Source: Callorhinchus milii (lineage: Eukaryota). From it: DNA of 64,000 nt. Position 1 is the stretch's first letter. Every line of letters begins with the position of its first letter. The notes under the pieces were generated by a model. That model was not told the origin of the DNA. It ran no database searches and saw only the letters and a list, made by a program, of their open reading frames with translations. The stretch lies in contig NW_024704743.1 of assembly GCF_018977255.1 (NCBI RefSeq), positions 108,564,001 through 108,628,000 of the forward strand. The letters run 5' to 3'. Shown piece by piece: positions 26,090 to 38,874 of the stretch. The position numbers and the translations under genes were made by a program.

Positions 26090-26429
26090 ATGCTGACACT
26101 CCCATGCAGTGCTGAATTGTTGGAAGTGCCATCCTTCAGATGAAATGTTAAACTGAGGTCACAATTACCTGTTCAGGTGGACATTACAGATCTATGGCAC
26201 TATTCAAAAAGAGAAGGGATTTTTCTCCCAGTGTACTGAACCAACAATCTCCCAGCTAAAAAATTGGTCACTTCATAGGTGTTTGTAGGACACTTTTGTG
26301 CACAAATTGGCTGCTGTATTTACCTACAAATATGCTGTAACTACACTTCACCTAATATCTTGTGAATTGTTTTAAGGCAACTTGACAATATGATGTAGCA
26401 CTATATTAAAAGTAAGGATTATTATTATA
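26090..26429 (+). mobile_element. Deu-domain SINE (head missing)
   Basis: Core and tail as at 6707. Confidence 0.7.
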
Positions 26430-27162
26430 AAGGATGAAATGGCCAGAAGCCACTCAGCCCCACCTCACCATTCCCATTCCATTCAGATACTATGAAATTT
26501 CTTCCATTCTAGACACCAGTTTAATCTCCTGAGTTCTAGGGGGAAAAAATATCTTGACCCAACAACAATTAAGTAAAACTCCAAGGCATCTAGCTAAACC
26601 CGAAAGCCTCCATTGCTCATCTTTGGTCAGTTGCATTATTCTGTCACGTTCATTATTCTGTCAGCAAAGGAATCATAGTGTTTCATGTAATATTTGATCA
26701 TCGGTGTCCAGATCTGCACTTAGAAGTTGTAATTCTGTTCATAACTAGATACTTATCTACCTCTTTTGAGGAGTTAACCAGTATAACAATAACTATTTTT
26801 TGTGTGAATCTGGCATATTGACTGTTCTATAGGGGAAACAAAGTCTTATCTCTGGGTTGCTCAAGGCTTGTTTATTTTGTACTTGTCTCTCATAGCTCCC
26901 GGCCTTAACTCAATACCTTTTTGAAGTTAGGAAGCCCAAAGCTGCACATAACATTCCAAATGTTGCCTTCCGAAACATCTGAGGTTAAATCTGCGCTTTT
27001 AACTGTTCAAACATTTTTAAGATATTTTCTAGTTTAGCCTTGTGAAATGCTATTACCCTGAATAATTCTACCTGTGTATATCTGTAGATCTTACCTTTGC
27101 CCATATTAACAGGGTGAGTGGATTGCAAGATCTACTTCTGGAGAGAGAAGGGATAGAAGGAT

Positions 27163-27464
27163 ATAATAATAATAATCCTTGCATTTGATATAGTGCTTTA
27201 TCATGTCTTCGAGACGTCTCAAAACGCTTCACAGAATATACTGTAAAGTGAATGGACTGTATATATTGTGGGCAAAATGCAGCAGCCAATTGCACACGTG
27301 TCCCATAAACAGTCATGGATTGAATGATGTGCCAATCAACTAACAAATGGGTTCCTACTTACTGCTAGGTAAACAAAGGCATGTGGAGTAAGGAAACTTG
27401 CCTAAGGTTTTGCGCTGCCCGGGAATCAAACCCAGGTCATTTTGCTTGAGAGGCGAGTGGTCTA
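27163..27464 (-). mobile_element. tRNA-derived SINE, long subfamily
   Basis: Reverse complement of the 37595 type, including the central domain. Confidence 0.85.
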
Positions 27465-27708
27465 GTCTTTCAAAGCGCATCATCTTAGTTTCAGACAACA
27501 TCACTTTGCATTTACACAGCGCCCTTCACTCAGGGTAGCGCCTCGCTATGATAAAAAAACAGGGAGGTAGGGTTTAGAGCGATCAAAAAAGTGACCATCT
27601 TGTTGGGACCTAATGAGCTAGATCCTTGCCTACAATCCCCCAGATAAGATTGGTCATTCGCTTCATGACTGTAAATTGCTGTGTGCAAATTGCCTTTTCT
27701 GTTCACCT

Positions 27709-29797
27709 ACAACAACAACAACAACAACAAGATTCCATTTATAGAGCGTCTTTCACGTCGGGAGGACATCCCAAGGCGCTGTACAGTTGGGTTGGGACCC
27801 GAGCAGGGGGGAAATGGTCCAGGTGAGGGGAGGGAAGGGAGGGCACGAGGAGGGGGTAGAGAGTTGAGAGGGGAGCTGAAGGCACGATCAAAGAGAAGGG
27901 TCTTGAGACCGGCCTTGAAGGAAGAAAGGGAGGAAGCAAGGCGAAGGCACTGGGGGATAGAGTTCTAGAGACTAGGGGCTGAGAGGCTGAACGCCCAGTG
28001 ACCGATGGTAGGGCGGTTGGGGCGGGGGATGTGGAGCAGACCGGAGCCAGAGGAACGGAGGGTACGGGCAGGTGGTAGTGGGATAGTAGGTCAGAGAGGT
28101 AGGAGGGAGCAAGGCCATGAATGGCCTTGTAGGTGAGGATGAGGATCTTGAATTCGATCCTCTGGGGGATGGGGAGCCAGTGGAGGCGAGCGAGGGTGGG
28201 AGTGATGTGGTCACGAAGCCTGGTGCGGGACAGTACACGAGCTGCAGAGTTCTGAATGACCTGCAGCTTGTGGAGGGAGGTGGCGGGAAGGCCGACGAGG
28301 AGAGAGTTCCCATAGTCCAGCCTTGAGGTGATAAAGGCATGGACCAGAGTTTCAGCCATGTGAGGGGTGAGGTAGTGCCATAGTCTGGCGATGTTCCGGA
28401 GGTGATGGAAGGTGTTGCCAGTTGTGGCGCGGATATGAGGAAGAAAAGACAGCTCAGGGTCGAACAGAACACTGAGGTTCCTGATTGGCTTTGAGAGGTG
28501 GAGAGTGCAGCCTTGGATGCTGATGCTGTCAGCGCCTGAGGTGCGGAGGCGCTGACGTGAGCCAATCAGGAGGGCCTCAGTTTTACGCACGTTGAGCTGA
28601 AGAAAGTTGTCTCTCGTCCAGGACTCGATGTTGGACAGGCAGGCTGTCAGGACATCGGTGGTCGTGGAGTTGAGGGTAGAGGAGGAAAGGTAGAGTTGGG
28701 TGTCATCCGCATACATGTGGAAGTTAACCCCATGTCTGCGGATGATGTCACCAAGGGGGAGCATATAGAGGGTGAAGAGGAGGGGACCGAGGACAATGCG
28801 GGGGCTGGAGGAAAAGCCGTTCGTGGAAACAAAGTGAAGATGGTGGGAGAGGTATGACCTAAACCATTCAAGGTCAGGGCCTTGAAGGTTGAGGTGGGAG
28901 GACAAGCGGTGGAGGAGGATAACGTGGTGGACCGTATCGAATGCTGCCGATAAGTCAAGGAGGATGAGGAGGCAGAGGGAGCCCTGGTCGCAGATGGTCA
29001 GGATGTCATTGGTGACCTTGACCAGGGCAGTTTCTGTGCTAAGGGCAGCGCGGAAACCCGACTGAAGGGGTTCGAATAATGAATGGGTGGAGAGGAAAGA
29101 GCGCAGCTGGGAGGCGACAACTCTTTCAAGGACCTTGGACAGGAAGGGGAGGTTGGAGATGGGCCGGTAGCTTGATAGCTGCGACACATCAAGGGAGGGT
29201 TTTTTCAAGGTGGGAGTGATGGTGGCAGTTTTTAAGGGAATGGGAACAGAGCCAGAGGAGAGGGACAGGTTGACGATGTCTGTGATATGTGGGGCAAGGA
29301 GGTGGAGCTGGGAGATAAGGAGTGGAGTGGGGATGGGATCAAGGGAGCAGGTGGTGGATTTCAGGGATAGGATGAGTTTGGTGACAGAGGATGGGGAAAC
29401 GGGTTCGAAGGTGTGTAGGGGAGGATGGGTAGGAGTCGGAGTGTGGGAGGGAGGGTGTGGGGGTGGGTGGATGTTGTAGGGGAAGTGCCCGCGGAGCGGA
29501 TTCCCTTGATTTGGATTCAAGGAAATCCAGCATCTCCTCACAGTGAAGGTTGGAGGAGATGACCTGCGCGGGGTAGCGGGGGGGACGGATGAGTCGGGAT
29601 GTGGTAGAAAACAGAAGCCTAGGATTGTTCTTCGCCTCCAGGATTATCCTGGAGTAGAAGGACGACTTGGCCGAGGCTAGAGTGGAGCGGTAGATTTTGA
29701 GGAGGTCCAGCCAGATTTGTCGGTGGACCGTTAGGCCAGATTTGAGGCAGGTGAATTCAGCAGCCCGCACCTGGCTCTTCAGTGAGCGGAGGTGGCT
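27709..29797 (-). mobile_element. L2-clade LINE, 5'-truncated, with frameshifted ORF2 (reverse transcriptase)
   Basis: ORF 27739-29541 carries YRPISNLPFLSKVLE, QSGFR, LLDLSAAFDTV, LGPLLF, YADD, RLDYGN and LHWLPI. The upstream part continues in a second frame (29339-29818). The 3' end has the L2 tail and a (TTG)n repeat. Confidence 0.95.
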
Positions 29798-32700
29798 GCC
29801 TCCATGCAGTTCACACACAGAAAGATCATTCTGAGATAGTTACGTGGTTTCATTCACAAATAATTATTTTGTGGTGGTGTACAGCAACTCCCCGCCCCAC
29901 CCCCCCACCTCAGCCACAACCACCACCACCAGAATATAAAAACAATGAACTTATTTAAACTTGTGCATTTTCATGGCATGGCAGTCGACATGGCATGAGA
30001 ACAAGTACTGAGATGGATCCTGGTGTGACAAAACACATAAGCAGCCACTTTGGGCTTCATTAATATCACTGTATTACATGTATGTATCATTAATATCATT
30101 ATCACATGTTTCTTTTGAAATGTGTTTTCCTCTGATGCCTTCACAGCAGCAGCTCTGAGAACAATCGATGTTCCTCAGGCTGAGTGACACCCTGCATCTA
30201 TCATCAGGTTTTTGCAGCAGTTTCCAGCCAATAATAATGCTCTTGCAGGCCTACGTCTGACAACATCCCTGTTGCACTACACCCTCAGACACAATGAGCA
30301 TTCTTAATGATTTCTTGATAGATAAAAAAAAGTTGCGATATAACAAAGTTTCTATCCTCTCTCACTCTTTCTTTCTCTCGCTCTCTCAATCTCTTTCTCT
30401 GGTTTCCAAATTATGATGGACAGAAAAAGTTCAACAATATTTTTTACCCCCTTTTTTGAAAGAGATTCACAGAAAATTTCTGTAAAAATTAGTTGGATTT
30501 TTTTGTGCTTCCTTTTTCTAAACTGCATCAGTGTTAAGTAGAACTATTTCCTCATACAATGGCACAAAGTAATCATGATATTTATTTTTTCTTACTCTCT
30601 TGAACTTATGAAGAACAACTCTTGGACCTATCTTAAATATCTTCTAATTGGCCCATTATGTTTTCAGACTTAAGCTTATCGCTGCTATTGTTTTTAGCTG
30701 AACATTACTGTGAGAAGTCTCTGTCCTGTGTGCTTTGGACCAGGAATTTAAGATCATGACCTAATTTCAGAAGAGGTGTTGAAGCAGGAAAAATAACCTT
30801 GTCTATTTCCAGTAATGTTCCAACATACCTGTGGATCTAGTCTAAAGGGATTCATTCATGTCAGTGGCAAATGGCTTCTGTATATCCTAGATTAGAATTG
30901 AAGTTAACAAGATTAGATCAAACAGAAATAAAGCATGCTGTCTTAGTTTGGCATAGATAGTGTTGACTTAACTCAGCTCTTTCACCAGAATTCAAAATGG
31001 CAAATTATCCTCCATTGCAAAAGCAGCAGGATATTCTGAAAAGGACACACAAAATTAGCCAAGGAATTGGTATACGTTGGCTTCTAAATCTTGCCTTCTA
31101 GCTAATGCTAGTGCACAATCATCACCATCCATCTCAACATTCACCAGCCTAGCTAGGCCAACAAACCCAGGAATCTGTGCATGAGACAACAAATGCCACC
31201 ATATATCTTAGGGTGCAGAGACAAAATTACAAGAAAACAGTGTAAAATTATTCGTAAGATCAGCAAGTATTTTGATGCAGTCAGCTGATGTCTTTTATTT
31301 GCTTTTTAAGGGCGGAGGGGAACAAGCCGTCATGATAATTCGATCAAGGGTTTATTTGATTTCTCTTAAGAACCTCTTGTATTCCTCATTTGCGACGGAT
31401 TTATATTTTGCCAATTTTCAAACATTTTCTTCATTGAAAAAAACATGAAAAACAGGCTGAAATATTCTGATATATATGATGTGACAATTATAACTAGTGG
31501 TAATTACATTACATACTGCATGTTTTATCCATTTATTTAAATTGCACTATTCTATACAGTATACAGTACAATTTATCTATATTATATATTGAAAAAGAAT
31601 ACATTATATTTTATCTTCTGAAATTCTATAATTAATGTACTCAGAATCAATATGTCCTTATATCAAACTCTAACTCTGGAGTAAAATCCATGCTGAAAAA
31701 TCTATCCAGCAAATCCTAACACAAAAGCAATATCATGTTGAAAGGAAAAATAAAAGGAAGGGAAAATAGAATGTGCCAACCAAATAGTTTTTATACTTTT
31801 GCAGTCAAGGGGAAATCAAGCCATGGGCATTTAAAGTATCTAAACTTTTTTATTTTATATTTCATTTTGTCCAAAATACACCCAGCACATCATTTGCCAT
31901 GATAAAAGCTCTGTACAATTTTGCTTATGACAGAAATCGTTGCTGACATCAGTTGCATTTGTTAAATGAAATGATAATTAATATGCTGTGTTCCACTTTT
32001 TATTTTGCTCATTAGACAGCTCTTCCTTCTTCATCTGTACCTATACATTTCTAGCCTCCTGTGGAAATGTATGTGCATGCTAACAAGTCTTTGTGCGCTT
32101 TGATATGAAATTTTGATTGGCTGTTTTAACTGCATTTGTCGGCAGCAATTTATCTCCTTCTAAAATGATCTAAGAGCGGCATTTGGTTAGGCTTCTAAAG
32201 CTTGTGTAGTTTCTTATCTTGTCACATACTAGATCCGTGGAGCTTATTGGTACCTCAGCTTCTGACCCAAGGTCCATATTCCCACAGGGTCTTCAACTTT
32301 CTCAGATGACTCATTTTCCAATACATATTCATCAAACCAATTTCAAACAATCACTTCACCAAGATCTTGTTCAGCAAGCTCAGCAGTTACAGTGGTTTTC
32401 ATCCTGTTGAAATTAATGGTCACTCCTTCAGGACTGATGCAGCAGTATCTTCAGAAGTGACCTTATCCCTCAACGTGTATCTTAGTCATTGGGGACGTAC
32501 ATTTCACATTTGCTATTCCATAAATACAGTTCAATCCTCAAAGGGCTATGCAGCCAAACACTAATTAGACTGCACTTGATTGAATATTTTATTTATTGCA
32601 CACAGTATATTGTCTTTTCACTGATCTCTGGTTGAGTCCCTTCAGTCTGGTTTCTGACCCATCCACATAGACTCCTTGGTTTACATCACCAATGACACAT

Positions 32701-33271
32701 GGGTGTCTGTCCATAACTCACTTTTCTTCCTCATCATCCCTGACTTCTGTGCTCCCTATAGAACTGGTGACCACTCCTTTCTCCTCTAATATGTCTTCTC
32801 AGTAGTCAACCTCTGTGCCACCTTAGTTACCATAGTTCTGCTCCTAAATGTCTCATCACCATCACTAAGATTATCCCGTTCCTAAAATAGATCCTAGAAT
32901 CAGTATCAATAGCTGTTACTTGGAGAATAGGATTGTATTATACAGATCAGTTGTTGTCTGGAAGAATTTGGTGAACCCATCAGTTTTTAAGTGCTCCGAG
33001 ACCCTACCCTAGTAAAGTGTGCTATATAATGGTTGTTGTTCTTTTTCTTCATTTGTGTCAGAACTTGAATCTATAACTCGGAGCCCGTTATGTAAATCTA
33101 CATTGTTTGGGATCTGTGTCATAAGCATTTGACAAAATAAATGTGATATACATCCTCCTGTATCATTGTAGGTGGCATATTAGTCTGTAAGTTATGATGG
33201 CACCTCTAGTGCAATGTGAGAGTCAGTCTCTTGAATGGCTAAAATATTTACAATAGTATATTGTGAACTGT

Positions 33272-33594
33272 GGAGTCCTGTAGCTCAGTGGTTAGAGCAC
33301 TCGCTTTGCAAGTGAGAGACCTGAGTTCAATTCCAGGCAGGGCGAAACCTTGGGCAAGTTTCCTTACTCCACACGCCTAATAATAATCCCTCCAAAACCA
33401 AAAACAATAATAAATTGGTCATTTTCAATCAACGACTGTTTGTGGGACATTGCTGTGCGCAATTGGCTGCCGCGTTCGCCCACAAATATACAGTCAATTC
33501 ACTTTACAGTGTGTTCTGTGAAGCGCTTTGGGATGTCCTCCTGACATGAAAAGCGCTATATCAAATGCTAGGATTATTATTATTATTATTATTA
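33272..33594 (+). mobile_element. tRNA-derived SINE, full length, short subfamily
   Basis: Same structure as 61644-61978. Confidence 0.92.
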
Positions 33595-33749
33595 AGTAAG
33601 TATCAATATATATGTTTATACACTGTGCTCATCAAGGTGAGAAATATCAGCAATGAGATATTGATTACCTTAGTTTCAAATTTGTCACAGTCACCTGACC
33701 CCAGCAGCCCCACCCCCAAAGTCAACATCAAGCAATCTGAGGTCAGTTG

Positions 33750-34070
33750 TAAGGTAAGAATCTAATTCAGTATCTTCCTGTATTGCTGGGGTAATGTGTC
33801 CTAATCCCTAACTCAGAAGAACAATACCAACTCCACCAGCATATTTTTTTCCCATTTATGCATACCATCTGTACTTCTGGTCTTTCTGACTAAGATTGAA
33901 AATTTGTGCCAAGTTTTGACCAGTTTTGTGCTATGACCCTTGCCCAGTAGGAATTGGATGTTCAAACTCATTTCATGTGGGACCAGTGCAGACAAAGAAA
34001 ACTTTCACCTCATCAGTTTGGGTTTGAACTCATATATCAGAGGTGAAAGGATAGTGGGCTAACCCAGTTC
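33750..34070 (-). mobile_element. LF-SINE-like relic
   Basis: Minus strand reads CTTTCACCTCTG..GTTCAAA..GAAAGT..TGAAATGAGTT..TCCAATTCCTACTGG..CACAAAAC..TTGGCACAAATT..AGGGATTAGGACACATT, colinear with the LF-SINE consensus as I recall it. Confidence 0.6.
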
Positions 34071-34434
34071 CACTATTCACTTCCATTTTAAAGTATGTTC
34101 AAGCTGTAGAAAGAAATATTCATTTCCAATTATTATGAAAGGCCCAATATATGTCTTCACGCTTGAGGTAATGATGGCTATACTCTTTTGGTGGAGTTTC
34201 TATGTTTAACGTGCTTGTAAACATCAAAGGTTGACCTGGTCAAATCTACAATGCAGCCAAGTCAATTTTTACAATTTGTCTCCTTATTAGATGACTGTTT
34301 AAAACCACATTTATGGCTGATGAAATTCCAATTTCTAAAAAAATATTGTTCCCATTTCCAGAAGAAGAAAGAAGACAAATAATTTTAAAGTTTGGGCTTT
34401 GTTTTTGGGCAAAAGGGTACAATAATAGGAAAAC

Positions 34435-35222
34435 CAAGTAAAACAATCTTTGTGTAAATTATAATTTTATGAGTGACAAGAATTAAATGACATTGTCAAA
34501 AGGGAGCAAAGAAGGACAATTAGACAATTTTTTTATTGTTAATATTGAATTTCAAACAATTATTTTAATACTTTAGTGTAGGTTATCTTTGAAGTTTTAG
34601 TATCTTTGTTTCAATCCTTGTTTCAGGACTTCTGTCAGATAAAAATGACAACACCAGGAGGTCCAGGGAGACAGGAATTATTATTAACCAGCCAGCAATT
34701 TAAGGATTAATCCCAGTTGTCTGAATTAAACATTCATTGGATCCTGAGAGATATAAAGACAGGTAATGTAGATAACTACTGATGCAACCTTGGGCTCCTT
34801 TTCATTCTTCACATCAAAATCCTTCACATTATCATGCTAATCCCAAATATGGGAGGCTTTTTAACCAGCCCTATATTAACCACCACCTTACAGAATGCTT
34901 TTGCACTCCTCTACTTGGAAATCACTTGTAATTTTAGTATGAAACTGTTTCAGTCGATTTTTTTTAGAATGGTGACCTTTGCTACACCAAATTAAATGAC
35001 AGACTCAACAATAGACAATGCTTATCTTTGAGTGAGGTTTTATCTTCCTCATTCATAGAACATTAAAGCCTATCTTGCATTCATTAGAATGAATGTTAAA
35101 TTGAAAACTCGGCCATATATGTACAAGGTATGACTTCCATGGACCACTATGAAATGGTATCAAGTAAAAAAATCTTTGTGTAAATTATAATTTTATGAGT
35201 GACAAGAATTAAACAACATTGT
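34435..35222 (+). repeat. 62-bp direct repeat pair (34435-34496 and 35161-35222)
   Basis: 59/62 identical with a 43-bp perfect core; offset 726 bp. Confidence 0.9.
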
Positions 35223-36857
35223 AAATATTAAGTATTGACAATGAAGATTCATAACTAAGACAATGGATAATAATGCATATTTATTTTTGGAACAATAGAT
35301 ACATGGGACAATATCAAACCCTACTATTTGATGGGGGGAGAAAAGCAAATTAAATCTCACCAAGTCGTTTGATCAATCAAACTTGTGTCAGAACCTTGTT
35401 GTTTCATACACAGGCAGTGCATTCCCTTCTATACTGACTGTTTTCATATTTAGCACCAGCTGATTGCTCATATTAAATTAGCAAAATCGTAATTTATTTT
35501 TAATACATTTTTTGAAATATAGCCAAATGCTGGGAAGTGCCTATTCTTGAAAGATAGAATCATGTTTATGAAGGTGCTGCTGATCAGATCAAAATGTCTA
35601 TCTGATTTAGTTAAATCTTGTAGGCCATAATGTGTCATTTAATAGGAGGAAAAGCAATCCTTGTAGCAATATCTCCAACCGATTGCAATGATGTGGGTGT
35701 TGAATTTCCTTGGTTTGTAGCACACTAATATTATGTCCATATTAAATGTGCAAAATATTATAAACAGATTTAATGCACGAAAACCCTGATAGATAATGGG
35801 CACACTTGGGGAATAAATATTGCAGAATATTTTGGTCATGTTAAAGGTACAGCATTTTCTGTGTATTTCTGAGATTTCAAATGTCATGCATCCAGAGGCA
35901 TTGTAGGCCCTCCTCACCCTCTTTGACATATTGAAGCCTGTGTTTACTCACAACCTATTTGTGCTGCCATGAAAGAAACATGTTGTTCTTCTTAATCTTA
36001 TATAACTAAAAACTTTACAATTCTGCTTCAAAATATTCACAGAACAATTCCTGGAATATTTGTTTCCGCATTCGCAAGCAGCTGCGAATTTTGCTGATCA
36101 CCACAAAACTATATATAAAATAAAAAGCAGTAATGATGAATATGATTAATCTGTTACATAAAAACAAGAAACCTTTTTAAATCTAACATTGATGTTATTT
36201 ATGTTTGACTATGTTTTTATAATGAGAAAGGTTATAAAACTGAAATTAAGAGGATGAAAAGGAGCTTATTAAAATTGGCAATAGATTTATTCAAGGAATG
36301 TCTGTTGATGGTTGCTTTCTGAACTCTTTGGAGTTAATGTAATCTGTTTTATTATGGTGAATATGTAAAAACATTTATTTGCTCATTTTTGGAACTGATA
36401 ACATGTTACACAGAGATCAAACTAGATTTTTCAGTGGGATTTATTTACAATTTTCCCCTAGTGTCAGAATCATAGTTTCCACTGCAAATTATAAACATTG
36501 CTCTTTTGCAGTGGACTGTATCAACAATAGATTTTTCTGGTTTAGCAAAAGTGGAAAAAATAACGAGCAATTGTATGACTAGCGAGGAGGGGTCTGATCA
36601 GTACAATACCATACAGACATTGTGCTCACCCTCAGAAGTTGGGAATTTTAAAGTCAGTAAAATATATTATTTTGAAATAATTGTATTTGAATAATTGTAT
36701 TAAATGAAACCTGTCAACTTATGAACTAATGGCAATAATGGTATTTTGTTACATTTAGACATAATCATTTCTCTCTGGCCATTTGATTTAGGCCTGGACA
36801 TTTTAATGTCTGTGTTAGACTTGGTCATTGTTCATTTAAAGATAAGCTTAAAATCCA

Positions 36858-37030
36858 AAGAACCATAGAAATTTATAGTACAGAAGGCCATTTGGCCTAT
36901 CATGTCTGTGCTGGCTCTTTTAAAGAGCAATCCTTTCAGTCCCATTTATCTGCCTGTCCAACATATTCCCGTAATTTACTCCTTTTTAAATGTCTATCTA
37001 ATTACCTTTGAAAGCTAATTTTCCAGGCAC
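36858..37030 (-). mobile_element. CR1-like LINE 3' end relic
   Basis: CATAGAAATTTATAGTACAGAAGGCCATTTGGCCTATCATGTCTGTGCTGGCTC resembles the reverse complement of a CR1 3' end. Confidence 0.55.
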
Positions 37031-37594
37031 TTTCATTGTGTTTTTTTTTGTGTGAAGTATTTGGGTCATTGTAATGTTGGCTGTTGCAATAATGGATGCC
37101 AGCAGTCAAGAAAATTCCACCCCATGTGAAAGATCCATACATATAGCTTTCCTGTTGACATCATAAGTTTAATTTGAAATAATGGATGATTTTGAATTGC
37201 TTAAACTGGTTCTACAATAATGAACAATATTGTAATGGGGCTTTGAAGTACATGGATATTCATGTACTGTTACCCACATAGCCTTTTGACTTTAAGTCAA
37301 AGAGCAGTAATATTCATCTTATTTCGCTGATAATCAGCTTCACTAGTACTCATTAAAATGTGGTCACACACTTTGTACTGTGTCATGAGATAATAAGTAA
37401 GTATTTTTTACCCTTTTGCACTCCTTTGCTGCATGATATGGTTGAAAGGTTGGTCAAGCAGACCCAACTTTCTTTCCTATTTTTGCCCTCTCCCCCCATT
37501 CTCCGGACTAGTATCAACTTTAAAGATTGAAGCATCCAACATATAGAGGTCTCCAAAGATGCCAACTTTGGGGTCAAATTTCTTAATTTCCTGT

Positions 37595-37972
37595 GGAATC
37601 CTGCAGCTCAGTGGTTAGAGCACTTGACTCGCAAGCAAGAGACCTGAGTTAATTTCCCAGCAGGGCGAAATGTTGGGCAAGTTTCCTTACTCCACACGCC
37701 TCTGTTTACCTAGCAGTAAGTAGGAACTCAGTTGTTAGTCAGTTGGCAGATTGCTTTTCCGGGAGTAAAAATTCCTTCAAAAAAAATAACAATAATAAAT
37801 TGGTCATTTCATTCCGCGACTGTTTGTGGGACACTGCTGTGCGCAATTGGCTACCATGTTTCTCCCACAAAATATACAGTCAATTCACTTTACAGTATAT
37901 TCTGTGAAGCGCTTTGAGACGCCTCAAAGACTTGATAAGGTGCTATATCAAATGCAAGGATTATTATTATTA
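37595..37972 (+). mobile_element. tRNA-derived SINE, long subfamily with extra central domain
   Basis: Same head and tail plus internal GCCTCTGTTTACCTAGCAGTAAGTAGGAAC...TTGTTAGT. Confidence 0.88.
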
Positions 37973-38638
37973 ACAGATTTCCTAATAAGGAATGTGTTGA
38001 AATTCTGAAATATCAAGCTGAGGAATGTTCCTTTCAGAAGTATGATGTTTTAAAATTGTGGTAGTTGTGAATTACTTATAAAGAAATCTGTTAAGATATA
38101 CCACAAATTAAACCTTAAATATCACTCCACTCGGCCTACAGAAGGTGGTATGCCATTGGTAAACATTCTTTCCCTATTGGTTTCCTTTGTCACTTCTCTT
38201 GTTGTGAGTGAGACGCAAGGACATGCTTTTTTCTTTGATGATTGAAGGAAGTAACAATCTCCAAATGGTAAAAACATGCATCGAACTAGTCATCACCAGT
38301 ATTTGGGGAATTGGTTAAGTTTGATACTAACAATTCTCTGAAATGATAATGTACCAGCTATAAATAAGCACTTGACCCCATAATATTTTACCAATCTTTC
38401 ACTGAAAGTTACTGGAATGATTAAGAAATTGTTCTATTAGTTAAAAAATGCAACTGAGACAAATCATAGAATTTTCATAATTTAACAAATAAGCACATAT
38501 TTGGTCTTAAACAGTTAAGTGCAAGAAAAATTAGCAAATCATGTGTTCATATCAGTAAAAAAAGATTAAACTTCAAATATTAAGTTGAGCAGAAATAGTC
38601 TTTCCATAGATACGTATCAGAAATAACAGACGTATGAA

Positions 38639-38874
38639 GGAAAATTCCACCAGAGTTTAGGGTTACTCTATTTAATGTAATCTTTCACAGTGCCCAGAAT
38701 TTGGCAAATTGTTAAATACAGCCTTAATTTTTAAGCTGGTTTTCCATAAGTTTTTTTAAAGATCTCCAGAAAACCATCTTCAAAGTTAAGACTGGGACTG
38801 ATAATTTGCCAAATTCCAGACGCTCTAAAGCATCACCTAAAGAGTAAATCTAGAACCAAGTACAATTTCACCCC
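38639..38874. mobile_element. imperfect ~240-bp palindrome, probable old MITE or fold-back element
   Basis: A perfect 14-bp inverted pair (38697-38710 and 38803-38816) is embedded in ~105-bp arms that align with mismatches. Confidence 0.6.

Noticed and set aside
27739..29541. 600-aa ORF as a functional or domesticated gene
   Set aside because: It is a 5'-truncated L2 ORF2 with frameshifts at both ends, no endonuclease domain and a deleted QGS motif.
33272..33345. tRNA-Ala(TGC) gene (also at 3221, 37595, 61644)
   Set aside because: A and B boxes and an anticodon arm are present, but there is no proper acceptor stem or terminator and each runs into a SINE body. These are SINE heads.
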